A stretch of 64,000 bases of DNA from Thermoanaerobaculia bacterium (GTDB lineage: Bacteria > Acidobacteriota > Thermoanaerobaculia > UBA5066). The notes beneath the pieces were generated by a model. The model did no database searches. It was not told the origin of the DNA and worked only from the letters and a program-made list of their open reading frames with translations. Shown one piece after another: positions 20,629 to 30,350 of this stretch. The stretch lies in assembly GCA_963719225.1 (NCBI GenBank), contig CAVRAY010000001.1:768001-832000 (forward strand). The letters run 5' to 3'. The position numbers were made by a program, and so were the translations under genes. The stretch's first letter is position 1; the number at the start of each line of letters is the position of its first letter.

Positions 20629-22446
20629 TCAGAACCCGTTCGGCCGCTCGTCGCGCACGCCGAACGCCTTCTCGAGCGCGATTCCCGCGCGGCCGATCGT
20701 CCCCTCGTCGAAGAGCCGGCCGATCAGCGTGACGCCGTGCGGGACCCGCCTCTTCGGCGAGAACTTCGGGAGCGGCCGGGCGGGATCGGGCGCCCAGTCG
20801 CTGCGCGCCTCCCCCACCTCGACGAAGCCCGCGGGCAGCGTGAGCGAGGGGTGGCCGGTGAAGTTCGTGATCGTGAGGATCTCGTCGCGGAGGGACGGCA
20901 CGAGGAGGAAGTCGACCGTCGAGAAGATCCGCGCCATCTCCTGCGCCACCTTGCGGCGCAGCCGGTCGGCCTGCACGTAGTCGACGGCCGAGAGAAACCG
21001 CGACTGTCGGAACGTGTTCGGCCAGGCGTCAGGCACCTGCATCCTCAGCTCGTCGAGGCCGCCGGAGAGCGTCAGCTCCTCGAACGCGGCCGCCGCTTCC
21101 GCGAAGAGGATCGTGTTGAGCGAGCCGTACGGCCAGTCCGGGAGGCCGACCTCGACCGGCGCCATGCCGAGGCGGCGGACCGTCTCGAGCGAGGCACGGT
21201 CGACGTCGGTCGCCGGGCTCTCCCTCATCCACCCCGGGAAATATCCGACCTTGAGGCCGGCGACGGGGCCGTCCGCCTCGAAATCGAGACGGCTCGGGAC
21301 GCTCGAAAGGTCGCCGGCGTCCGGGCCGGAGATCGCGGCGAGAACGAGCATCGCGTCCTCGACGCCGCGGGTCATGGGGCCGAGCTTGTCCATCGACCAG
21401 CAGAGAGTCATCGCGCCCGTGCGCGCGACGCGCCCGAACGTCGGCCTGAGACCGGTCACGCCGCAGCGCATCGAGGGGTCGACGATGCTCCCTTCCGTCT
21501 CGCTCCCGATGGCGAAACCGACGCACCCTGCCGCAGTCGCCGAGCCGGGTCCCGCGCTGCTGCCGCCCGACCCCTCCTCGAGGACCCACGGGTTCTTCGT
21601 CTCGCCGCCGTACCAGATGTCGTTGAGGGCGAGCGCACCCAGGCTCAGCTTGGCGACGAGGACGGCGCCCGCCTCGTGGAGACGTTTCACGACGACGGCG
21701 TCCGCGTCGGGGACGCGATTCCGATACGTCTCCGCGCCCCAGGTCGTGCGGATGCCCTTCGTGTCGAGGAGGTCCTTCACGCCCCACGGGATGCCGTGCA
21801 GCGGGCCGCGGTACCTTCCTGCCGCGATTTCGGCGTCGGCTCGGCGGGCCTGTTCGAGAGCGAGCTCGGGCGTGAGCGTGATGACGCACTTGAGCTTCGG
21901 ATCGAAGCGCGACAGCCGCTCCAGGTAGAGGCGCGTCAGCCGCTCCGAGCTGAGCGCGCGAGATTGGATCCAGCGGGACAGAGCCGTCACGGGCGCGAAG
22001 GCGACGTCCGCGTCAGCCTTCGGCATCGGCCCCGGGTCGGCTTGCCCGCGGAGAAAGCGGTCGCGCAGCGGTCCGGCCGTGAGGCCCGGCAGGACGGGAT
22101 CCCACCGGGACGCGGGCGCGAGCGACGCCTCGAGGGCGACCTTCCTCGGCCCCGTGCGCCGTTCCATCGTGCCCGCCATGGCCTGACGCCAGTTGCCGGC
22201 GGCCTGCGCGCGCGCCTTCGGGGTGAGCGCCACGCGGACGAGCTTCTCGGCCTCGGCGATTGTCGCGACGGTCACCTCGGGGCCGACGGCGGGCGCCGTG
22301 CCGAAGGCGGGCGGCATTCCCGCGACGGGTGTCGGCTGAGAGGAAGGAGCCAAAGGCGGCGTCTGCGCGTCCGCGCGCATTCCCGTGACGAGCGCTGCGG
22401 CGGAGGCGGCTGTGGTCGCGAGGAACTCGCGGCGGGACTTGGGCAT
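20629..22446 (-). CDS. Amidase-signature family enzyme with Tat signal
   Basis: SRREFL Tat motif; GPLHGIPWGVKD, GGSSAG, GSETEGSI. Confidence 0.92.
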   Translation of the reverse strand: MPKSRREFLATTAASAAALVTGMRADAQTPPLAPSSQPTPVAGMPPAFGTAPAVGPEVTVATIAEAEKLVRVALTPKARAQAAGNWRQAMAGTMERRTGPRKVALEASLAPASRWDPVLPGLTAGPLRDRFLRGQADPGPMPKADADVAFAPVTALSRWIQSRALSSERLTRLYLERLSRFDPKLKCVITLTPELALEQARRADAEIAAGRYRGPLHGIPWGVKDLLDTKGIRTTWGAETYRNRVPDADAVVVKRLHEAGAVLVAKLSLGALALNDIWYGGETKNPWVLEEGSGGSSAGPGSATAAGCVGFAIGSETEGSIVDPSMRCGVTGLRPTFGRVARTGAMTLCWSMDKLGPMTRGVEDAMLVLAAISGPDAGDLSSVPSRLDFEADGPVAGLKVGYFPGWMRESPATDVDRASLETVRRLGMAPVEVGLPDWPYGSLNTILFAEAAAAFEELTLSGGLDELRMQVPDAWPNTFRQSRFLSAVDYVQADRLRRKVAQEMARIFSTVDFLLVPSLRDEILTITNFTGHPSLTLPAGFVEVGEARSDWAPDPARPLPKFSPKRRVPHGVTLIGRLFDEGTIGRAGIALEKAFGVRDERPNGF

Positions 22447-22509
22447 GGTCGTCCTTTCCGTCCGGCGTGGGAAGAGCGGTAAGCCTGTCATAAGTCGATA
22501 ACATGGGTC

Positions 22510-23994
22510 ATCGCTTCTTCGCGCGTTGACCCGCCCCTCGCGGCGCCCGGGACGGCCGGCGGTCCACCCCCGTTCCGGGCGCGCGAGCTCTTCCTGCCGT
22601 TCGGGATAGCGCTCGTCCTCGGAACCGTCGCCCTGAGGCGCGGCCCGCTCTTCGTGGACGACGCGTACATCACGTTTCGTTACGCCCGAAACCTCGCCGA
22701 GGGAGCCGGTCTCGTCTACAACGCGGGCGAGCGCGTCCTCGGGACGTCCGCGCCGCTCTTCGCCCTTCTCCTCGCGGGCCTCCACCGGCTCACGGGCACG
22801 TCGATTCCGGCCCTCGCGTTCGCGTTGGGAGCCGCGTGCCTGCCGCTCGTCGCGCTGCTGGCGTATCGGCTCGCGCGGCGCGTGACCGGGCCCGCGTTCG
22901 CGCTCATCTTCGTCGCGGCCGGGCTCTCGCCGCGCGAGTCCCTCCGGGTGTTCTCGTCCGGCATGGAGACGCCGCTCTACCTTTTCGGGCTCTTACTCGC
23001 GGTCGAGCTCGCGTGCCGCGGGCGCGACGTGACCGCCTTCGCCGCCACCTCGGCGCTCTCTTTCCTGCATCCCGACGCCGCCGTCCTCGCCGTTGCGCTC
23101 TTCGTGGCGCTGCGCGCCGTCAATGGACGGTGGCCGTGGCGTGCGTCCGTCGTCGGTCTCGCGCCGGCCGCGGCCGCCGCGGGCGCCCTCTGGATCGCGT
23201 ACGGCTCACCGCTCCCGCACAGCGTGACAGCCAAGCGGCTCGCGTACGCGATGCCCTCCGGCCACGCGTTCTCCAGGCTCACCGAGTCGATCCTCGACCT
23301 GCTCGTCGCGGGGGAGACGCCGGGCCCGCCGTTCGTCGCGGCTCTCGTGGCCGCCGCGGCGCTCGCAATGATTCTCGTCCTGGGCCGGGCCGCTCTCGCC
23401 GGGCTTCCGACTCTCTCCTTTGCCGGCTTCTCGGCTCTCTACGTGACGGCCTTCGCCCTCGCGAACCCCCTCGTCTTCGACTGGTACCTCCCGCCGCTCG
23501 CGCTCGCCGCGGCCTTCGTCCTGGCGGCATGCGTGGGACGCCTTCCCCGGGCAGGTCGCGCGGCGGCGGCCTTCCTCCTCGCCGCTTCGGCCGTGGTGCA
23601 CGTCGCGGCGTTCCGCCCCTACGAGCCGTCGGGACGGGAAGACGTCTACGCCCGCGCGGCGGCGTCCCTGAACCTGAGGCCGGACGAAACCGTCGCGGCG
23701 CCGGAAATCGGCGCGCTCGGCTGGGCGACGCGTGCGCGCGTCCTCGACACGACGGGTCTCGTCTCGCCCCAGGCCCTCGCCTGGCTCGAACGGCCGGTGG
23801 GCGAGGGCGGCTCGATTCCGCCGCGTCTCCTCCGTCTTACGGACGCGGCCGCGCTCGTCGCGCTCGACCGTTTCCTCGAGCCTTCGCTCGCCGCCGATCC
23901 GGGAGCGCTGGACCGTTGGTCGGAAGTCGCGCGTTATCCCGCGTACGCCTGGGGCGGCCCAAGGACGGTGCGCGTCTACCGGCGGGCGCGCTGA
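22510..23994 (+). CDS. Membrane GT-C fold glycosyltransferase-like protein; start uncertain
   Basis: DDAYITFRYARNLAEGAGLVYN, SGMETPL, EIGALGW, DTTGL. The frame is open from 22483 and includes a TM helix upstream of the first GTG (22654). Confidence 0.8.
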   Translation: MASSRVDPPLAAPGTAGGPPPFRARELFLPFGIALVLGTVALRRGPLFVDDAYITFRYARNLAEGAGLVYNAGERVLGTSAPLFALLLAGLHRLTGTSIPALAFALGAACLPLVALLAYRLARRVTGPAFALIFVAAGLSPRESLRVFSSGMETPLYLFGLLLAVELACRGRDVTAFAATSALSFLHPDAAVLAVALFVALRAVNGRWPWRASVVGLAPAAAAAGALWIAYGSPLPHSVTAKRLAYAMPSGHAFSRLTESILDLLVAGETPGPPFVAALVAAAALAMILVLGRAALAGLPTLSFAGFSALYVTAFALANPLVFDWYLPPLALAAAFVLAACVGRLPRAGRAAAAFLLAASAVVHVAAFRPYEPSGREDVYARAAASLNLRPDETVAAPEIGALGWATRARVLDTTGLVSPQALAWLERPVGEGGSIPPRLLRLTDAAALVALDRFLEPSLAADPGALDRWSEVARYPAYAWGGPRTVRVYRRAR

Positions 23995-23995
23995 G

Positions 23996-24802
23996 TCAAC
24001 AAGGTTCCGCGGGGCGCCGGTAGAAGAGCGAGTGGCCGGCCGGAGAGAACCCCGCGGCCTCGTAGACTCGGCCGGCGCGCCGATCGGCGGCGGAGAGGAA
24101 GACGAGGGTGGAGCCGAGCCGAAACGCGGCGCGGACGGCGGAGCACGAGAGGAACCCGCCGATGCCCCGTCCCCGGAACGCCTCGAGCGTCGAGACGCCC
24201 ACGAGCTCCGCGAGGCCGTCGTGCGGCGGCTGGATCATGGCCGTCGCGACGGGCTCGCCCGCGATCCGGGCGAGGAACGCGACCCCGTCGCCCAGCGTCT
24301 CGCGCAAGTTGCGAGCCTCCTCCTCCGAGGGCATCCGCGCGGAAGGGAGTCCGAAGGCGCGCCGCTGAACCTCGAGAAAGGCCGCGAACTCCGAAAGCGT
24401 CGTCGCGGCGTCGAGCGAGGTGACCTCGAGGCCGCTCACGGCCGGCGCATCGCGCTCTCTTCCGCGCGGGCACACCATGAGCTGGGCCCGGTTCTCCAGA
24501 ACGAACCCGTGCGCCTCGAGAGTCCCGGCGAGTTGCGGCGCGCACGCCTCGACGTACTCGAATCGCGGCACGCGGCGGCGGGCATGAAACTCCGTCTCGA
24601 GGCGGTCGAGACGAGCAGTCAGGTTGCCCGCCGTCGCGCCGGCGCCGTCGGGAATCGCGTAATTGAAATAGGGCAGCGGGTCCGTGTCGTGAAAGAAGAG
24701 CGTGAACGGAGGGACGAGGACCGCCTCGTACTGCCGGCGCGCGACCGCGCGCATCTGGGCCTGGATGCGCTCGAGGAGAGGCCCCTCCGCCGTCGGGATC
24801 AT
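23996..24802 (-). CDS. GNAT family N-acetyltransferase
   Basis: VSTLEAFRGRGIG acetyl-CoA motif; RVYEAAGF. Confidence 0.88.
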   Translation of the reverse strand: MIPTAEGPLLERIQAQMRAVARRQYEAVLVPPFTLFFHDTDPLPYFNYAIPDGAGATAGNLTARLDRLETEFHARRRVPRFEYVEACAPQLAGTLEAHGFVLENRAQLMVCPRGRERDAPAVSGLEVTSLDAATTLSEFAAFLEVQRRAFGLPSARMPSEEEARNLRETLGDGVAFLARIAGEPVATAMIQPPHDGLAELVGVSTLEAFRGRGIGGFLSCSAVRAAFRLGSTLVFLSAADRRAGRVYEAAGFSPAGHSLFYRRPAEPC

Positions 24803-24842
24803 CGCGTCATTCTAGGTGGCGCGCTCTGCTAGCCTCTCGCAC

Positions 24843-26132
24843 ATGACGCTCAGGAAACCCGCTCTTGCCGCTTGTGCCTCATTCCTCCTCGCTCTGGTCT
24901 CGCCCGCGCCGGCCCAACAAAACTCCGCGACGGTTCTCGTGAAGGCCGGCTCGCTCGTGGACGTCGCGTCCGGGGCCGTGAAGAAAGGCCAGGAGATCCT
25001 GATCGAGAACGGAGTGATCAAGGACGTGGGGCCGAGTCTCGTGGTCCCGGCGGGCACGCGGATCGTCGATCTCTCCCAAAGAACGGTCCTCCCGGGCCTC
25101 ATCGACGTGCATACGCACATCACGTCCCAGCCGGAGGATTACTACGCGGACCGCTTCCGGCGGTCTCCGATCGACGTCGCCGTCACCGCGCACGTCTATG
25201 CCAGGCGCACCCTCGAGGCCGGTTTCACGACGTTGCGTGTCGTGGGCTCGCCCGAATACGTCGACGTGGCGCTCCGCAACGCGATCGACGCCGGCAAGGT
25301 TTCCGGGCCTCGACTCAAGGTCGCGGGGCTCGCCATCGGGTCGACGGGCGGGCACGGAGACCTGACGGGCTTCTCCCCGTACCTCAGGTTCGAGCGCTTC
25401 TCCGGAGTCGCCGACGGCCTGGACGCCGTGCGCAAGCTCGTCCGGCAGAACGTGAAGTTTGGCGCCGACGTGATCAAGATGATCGCCTCGGCCGGCGTCC
25501 TCTCCGAGGAGGAGTCCGTCGGAGCGCCTCAGTACTCCCTCGAGGAGATGAAGGCGATCTGCGAGGAGTCCGCGATGTGGGGCCGCAAAGTCGCGGCGCA
25601 CGCGCACGGCACCGAGGCGATCAAGCGCGCGGTCGCGGCGGGGGTGGCATCGATCGAGCACGGGAGCCTGATCGACGACGAGGGAATCCGCATGATGAAG
25701 GAGCGGGGCACCGTCCTCGTGGCCGACGTCTACAACGACGACTGGATCCTCGCGGAGTTCGCGAAGATGGGCTACCCGGAGAAGATCATCGAGAAGGAGC
25801 GGAAGATCGGGCTCCTTCAGCGCCAGAATTTCCAGAAGGCCGTGAAGGCCGGCGTGAAGCAGGCGTACGGCACGGACGCCGGCGTCTATCCCCACGGCAT
25901 GAACGGCAAGCAGTTCGCGCACATGGTGCGCTGGGGCATGACCCCGCTCCAGGCGATCCAGGCGGCGACGGTGAACGCCGCCGATCTCCTCGGCTGGACG
26001 ATGGTCGGATCGATCGCGCCGGGCAAGTACGCCGACCTCGTGGCCGTCGACGGCGATCCTCTGAAGGACGTGACGCTCCTCGAGAGGATCCCGTTCGTCA
26101 TGAAGGGCGGAGAGGTGGTCGTCTCGCGATGA
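24843..26132 (+). CDS. Secreted amidohydrolase (Xaa-Pro dipeptidase-like)
   Basis: PGLIDVHTH, VAAHAHG, SIEHG, GTDAGV, GKYADLV. Confidence 0.92.
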   Translation: MTLRKPALAACASFLLALVSPAPAQQNSATVLVKAGSLVDVASGAVKKGQEILIENGVIKDVGPSLVVPAGTRIVDLSQRTVLPGLIDVHTHITSQPEDYYADRFRRSPIDVAVTAHVYARRTLEAGFTTLRVVGSPEYVDVALRNAIDAGKVSGPRLKVAGLAIGSTGGHGDLTGFSPYLRFERFSGVADGLDAVRKLVRQNVKFGADVIKMIASAGVLSEEESVGAPQYSLEEMKAICEESAMWGRKVAAHAHGTEAIKRAVAAGVASIEHGSLIDDEGIRMMKERGTVLVADVYNDDWILAEFAKMGYPEKIIEKERKIGLLQRQNFQKAVKAGVKQAYGTDAGVYPHGMNGKQFAHMVRWGMTPLQAIQAATVNAADLLGWTMVGSIAPGKYADLVAVDGDPLKDVTLLERIPFVMKGGEVVVSR

Positions 26133-28525
26133 AGGCGCTCGTCGCGCTCGCGCTTCTCGCCCTCTCTCTCTCCGCCTCCGCCGCCGAGCCCCGCTTCGAG
26201 AAGCGCGGCGTGACGGTGAACGGCACCGCGTATCCCTACCAGGTCTTCGTGCCCGAGAGCTTCGCTCCCGGCTCGAGGCTTCCCGCCATCCTGTTCCTCC
26301 ATGGAGCCGGCGAGCGCGGCTCTCAGGGGGAGCACACGCACGTGGGCCTCGGGCGCGCGATCCGGAAGGACCCGTCGCGCTGGCCGTTCCTCGTCGTCTT
26401 CCCGCAGTGCCCGAAGGAGGCGCAGTGGATCGGAGACAGCCAGACCGCCGCGCTCCTCGCCCTCGAGGAGGCGCTCGTCGAGTTTCACGGCGATCGCGAG
26501 CGCGTGGTCCTCCTGGGCATGTCGATGGGTGGCGCGGGCGCCTGGTGGACCGCGTTTCAGAGGCCGGGACTTTTCGCGGCGGTCGTGCCCATCTGCGGCT
26601 ACATCGGATCGTCCCGCGGGTTCCCCATCCAGAGCTTCCGGCCGCCCGACATGCGCCGCGTCCTCGAGTCGAACGATCCTCACGGAATCGTCGCGCGGGG
26701 ACTCGGGAAGACGCCCGTGTGGGCGTTTCATGGCGACGCGGACGACACGATCCCGGTTACGGAGTCGCGGCGCATGGCCGAAGCGCTGCGCCTTGCGGGT
26801 GGAAATGCCGCGTACACGGAGTTCCCCGGAGTCGGCCACAACGCGTGGGACCCGGCGTTCGCCGAGCCCGATCTCGTCCCGTGGCTCCTCGCGCAGAAGC
26901 GGGGAGCGCCCGGCCGGCACCCGAAGCCGTCCACGTCGCCGGTCCTCTACACGGGGGCGACCGTGTACCGCGCGTGGGACTCCAGTCCCGCGAAGGACGC
27001 GATTCTCGTCGAGGGGGGCGGCGTGCGTTTCGTAGGCGCGGAGCGCGAAGCGCGCGCCCTCGCCCCCGAGGCGCGCGTCGTCGATCTCGGGGGCGCGGTC
27101 GTCGTGCCCGGCCTCACGGACGCGCACGGCCACCTTCGCGGCCTCGGAGCACTCCGGCGCTCGCTCGACCTCCGCGGCCTCTCGAAGGAGGAGATCCTCG
27201 CGCGCGTGAAAGCGCGGACCGAAACGGCCGCCCGGGGCGAGTGGATTCGCGGCCGCGGCTGGGATCAGAACAGGTGGCGGGAGAAGGGGTTTCCCACCGC
27301 TGCCGAGCTCTCAGCCGTTTCGCCCGGCCACCCCGTCGTTCTCGGGCGCGTGGACGGGCACGCCATCTGGGTGAACGAGGCGGCGCTCGCCGCCGCGCAC
27401 GTGACCGCGACGACGGAGGATCCCGACGGCGGTCGCATCGAACGCCTGGCGGACGGGCGTCCGGCCGGCGTCCTGCTGGACAACGCGAACGCCCTCGTCT
27501 GGAAGGCGATTCCCGAGCCCGGGCCGGACGAGATCGAGCGCGACTACCTCGCGGCCCTCGAGGCCTGCGCGCGCGTCGGCCTGACCGGCGTCGGCGACGC
27601 CTCCGGCTCGAGCGCGGAGGAGATTGGGATCCTGACCTCCCTCGCCCAGGGAAGGAAGATGCCGATCCGCGTGTACGCGACGGTGGGGCCGCGGAGTCTC
27701 GACGAGGCGATCGCAAAAGGTCCGCGTCAATCGGGACGGCTCACCGTGCGCGCCCTCAAGATCGTGGCGGACGGCGCGCTCGGTTCGCGCGGCGCCGCCC
27801 TTCTCGCCGATTACAGCGACGCGCCCGGCAACCAAGGCCTCGACGTGACGCCGCCCGAGGAAACGGAGCGTCTCGCGGAGAAGGCGCTCCGAGGCGGTTT
27901 TCAGGTCTGGGTGCACGCGATCGGCGACCGCGCGAACCGGGTGACGCTCGACGCGTACGAGAAGGCGCTCGCCGCCGTGCGTCCCGTCGACCCGCGCCCG
28001 CGGATCGAGCACGCCCAGATCCTCTCGCTTCGCGACCTCGATCGCTTCGCGAGGCTCGGCGTCATCGCCTCCGTGCAGCCGACGCACGCGACCTCGGACA
28101 TGCCATGGGCCGAAACGCGCGTCGGCCCGGAGCGTCTCCAGGGCGCATACGCCTGGCGATCGCTCCTGAGGTCGGGCGCGCATCTTGCCGGCGGAAGCGA
28201 CTTCGCCGTGGAGTCCGAGAACCCCCTTCTCGGCATCTACGCGGCCGTGACGCGGCAGGACCTCGCGGGCCATCCGCCGGGCGGCTGGCGGAAGGAGGAG
28301 GCGCTCACGCGGGCGGAGGCGCTCCGCCTCTTCACCGCCGACAACGCCTGGGCCGAGTTCGCCGAGTCGCGGCGCGGGCGGATCGCCGCCACGTATGACG
28401 CGGACTTCACCGTCCTCGACCGCGACATCGTCTCGGAAAAGACGGCGGTCGGAGAGATTCCGAGGGCGAAGGTGCGGATGACGGTCGTGGGCGGAGAGAT
28501 CGTGTACCGCGCCGCGACGCCCTGA
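26129..28525 (+). CDS. Fusion: alpha/beta-hydrolase (esterase/peptidase) + amidohydrolase_3 (YtcJ-like)
   Basis: FLHGAGERG, GMSMGG, FHGDADD, GHNAW; then PGLTDAHGH, GRGWDQ, HAIGDRA, RIEHAQ, GSDF, all in one continuous frame. Confidence 0.88.
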   Translation: MKALVALALLALSLSASAAEPRFEKRGVTVNGTAYPYQVFVPESFAPGSRLPAILFLHGAGERGSQGEHTHVGLGRAIRKDPSRWPFLVVFPQCPKEAQWIGDSQTAALLALEEALVEFHGDRERVVLLGMSMGGAGAWWTAFQRPGLFAAVVPICGYIGSSRGFPIQSFRPPDMRRVLESNDPHGIVARGLGKTPVWAFHGDADDTIPVTESRRMAEALRLAGGNAAYTEFPGVGHNAWDPAFAEPDLVPWLLAQKRGAPGRHPKPSTSPVLYTGATVYRAWDSSPAKDAILVEGGGVRFVGAEREARALAPEARVVDLGGAVVVPGLTDAHGHLRGLGALRRSLDLRGLSKEEILARVKARTETAARGEWIRGRGWDQNRWREKGFPTAAELSAVSPGHPVVLGRVDGHAIWVNEAALAAAHVTATTEDPDGGRIERLADGRPAGVLLDNANALVWKAIPEPGPDEIERDYLAALEACARVGLTGVGDASGSSAEEIGILTSLAQGRKMPIRVYATVGPRSLDEAIAKGPRQSGRLTVRALKIVADGALGSRGAALLADYSDAPGNQGLDVTPPEETERLAEKALRGGFQVWVHAIGDRANRVTLDAYEKALAAVRPVDPRPRIEHAQILSLRDLDRFARLGVIASVQPTHATSDMPWAETRVGPERLQGAYAWRSLLRSGAHLAGGSDFAVESENPLLGIYAAVTRQDLAGHPPGGWRKEEALTRAEALRLFTADNAWAEFAESRRGRIAATYDADFTVLDRDIVSEKTAVGEIPRAKVRMTVVGGEIVYRAATP

Positions 28526-28564
28526 CGCGGCGGCGCGTCGAGCCCTTCCGGCGATGCCGGCGGA

Positions 28565-29224
28565 TCAAGCCTGCCGCAGTGCTTCCGCAAGCACTGAGTG
28601 CCCGCGCTCCCCCGCGAGATCCGCGGCCGTCTTGCCGTCGTCGGTCCGCGCCGAGACGTCGGCGCCCCGCGCGCGGAGCAGGCGGACGATCTCGGTATTT
28701 CCCAGCGAGGCAGCGCTGTGAAGGCTCGTCCACCCGCTCTGCTGGCGGGTGTCGGGCGCGGCGCCCTTCTCGAGCAGCTTCTTGACCATCGCGACGTCGC
28801 CGCGCGAGGTCGCCGCGTGGAGCGGGCTGACCTTCATCGCGTTCGTGGACGCCGCGTTCGGGTCCGCGCCCGAAGCGAGGAGAAGGTCGGCGAGGGACGT
28901 GTGACCGAAGAACACCGCGAGGCCGAGGACGGGGAATCCGTCCGGCGAGACGGCTCGAGCCGCGGCCGGGTCCGCCGAAAGAAAGGCCCTCACCGCGGGG
29001 GCGTCGCCCGCGGCCGTGGCCTCGAAGAGGTCGAGGGACCGCCCGTGCTCGCGGAACACGTTCACGAGGCGTGCGTGGCCGCTGTATATGGCGAAGAGGA
29101 CGAACGACGATCCATCGGGGCGGCGCGCGTTCACGAGGCCGGGATCGGCGTCGAGGAGGGTTTCGACTGCGGCGGTATCGCCCTTTCGGACGGCCGCCGT
29201 GAGGGCTTCGAGGGGGTCGCTCAG
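28565..29224 (-). CDS. Ankyrin-repeat protein (probable CTG start)
   Basis: SPLHAA, TSLHSAA, GKTAADLA repeats. The frame extends to a CTG at 29224 with GAGGA 6 nt upstream. Confidence 0.85.
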   Translation of the reverse strand: MSDPLEALTAAVRKGDTAAVETLLDADPGLVNARRPDGSSFVLFAIYSGHARLVNVFREHGRSLDLFEATAAGDAPAVRAFLSADPAAARAVSPDGFPVLGLAVFFGHTSLADLLLASGADPNAASTNAMKVSPLHAATSRGDVAMVKKLLEKGAAPDTRQQSGWTSLHSAASLGNTEIVRLLRARGADVSARTDDGKTAADLAGERGHSVLAEALRQA

Positions 29225-29233
29225 GCTCTCTCC

Positions 29234-29458
29234 TCAGCCGGGTGACGGAGTCCCTTCGGCGGGCGGGACCGCGGCGGCGGGTTGGGGAGCCGGAGGCGCG
29301 GGGGCGGGGGCCGGAGGCGGGGGCGGCTCGCCGTTCGGAAAGGCTTCGGCGCCGCAGAAATAGCATTTCACCTTCGGCTGGGTCACGGCTTCTGGAACCC
29401 AGTAGAAGAAGGACTTCTGGCACGCGGGACACGTGAACAGCCTTCGGTCGCCCTTCAT
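29234..29458 (-). CDS. Small zinc-ribbon protein with Pro/Ala tail
   Basis: CPAC...CYFC; ATGA-coupled to the upstream CPBP gene. Confidence 0.72.
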   Translation of the reverse strand: MKGDRRLFTCPACQKSFFYWVPEAVTQPKVKCYFCGAEAFPNGEPPPPPAPAPAPPAPQPAAAVPPAEGTPSPG

Positions 29459-30315
29459 GACGAGGAAGGATACGCGCCCGGGAGCCTTCGCGCGCTCCGG
29501 CGGACGAGAAGGACCAGGAGGGCCGCCAGCATGACGGTGGACAGGACCGAGCCTTCGGGACCGAACGCACCCCCGCTGAGCGCCGGCAGGCCGGCGCCGC
29601 GGATTCCGGTCGGGACGACCGGCCTTCCCAGCATCATCCCGCTGACGGGGAGCGCGAGCGCGGCCAGGCTGAAATTCCAGAGCGTGTGGAACGTCCAGGG
29701 CCCGAGGAGACCGCCTTCGCTCCAGTAGAGCCAGCCCAGGACCGAACCGGCCAGCCCGATGTTGAGGAGCGCGAGAGGAGTCACGTTCGGGTTGACCGCG
29801 TGCATCGAGGCGAAGGCGACGGACTGTCCCGCGTTCGCGAGGAGTCCCGAGACGAACCAGCGCCGCGCGGCGGCACGCCCTCGAAGCGGCTCGTCCATCC
29901 CGGAGAGCTTCCCGAAGAGGAGGCGTGCCACGAAGAGGAAGAGAGCCGCGAGGAGCGTCAGGAAGAAGGCCCGGAAGAGAAGCTCCTCCGCCAGGCTCTG
30001 CAGAGCGAAGAAGCCAAACGTAGCGGCAGCCGACGAAAGCGACGCGGAACCCGGCGCGGGAGAGAACGGCGCATAGCCCGTGGATCCGGGGCTGAACGCC
30101 CCGAGGAGAGCGGGCGGCAGAAGGGCCGCAAGAAGGAGGGATGCGGCGGCCGCGAGCGCCGCGACGACGGCACGCGCGGGGGATTCGCGCGGCTCGGAGA
30201 CGGCGGCGCCGAGCCGCGCGAGGAGGCCGAAACGGAGAAGGACGAAACCGGCGAGGCCGAGCGGGAGCGCGAGGACGAGGCCCGACGCGAGTCGCTCATC
30301 GAGCCAGGTCCACAT
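29455..30315 (-). CDS. CPBP/CAAX intramembrane glutamic endopeptidase (Abi family)
   Basis: AEELLFRA, FASMH, HTLWNF, GGAFGPEGS. Confidence 0.88.
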   Translation of the reverse strand: MWTWLDERLASGLVLALPLGLAGFVLLRFGLLARLGAAVSEPRESPARAVVAALAAAASLLLAALLPPALLGAFSPGSTGYAPFSPAPGSASLSSAAATFGFFALQSLAEELLFRAFFLTLLAALFLFVARLLFGKLSGMDEPLRGRAAARRWFVSGLLANAGQSVAFASMHAVNPNVTPLALLNIGLAGSVLGWLYWSEGGLLGPWTFHTLWNFSLAALALPVSGMMLGRPVVPTGIRGAGLPALSGGAFGPEGSVLSTVMLAALLVLLVRRSARRLPGAYPSSS

Positions 30316-30350
30316 CGTCCCCGGCACGGGTGACGCGAGGACCAGAAAGG

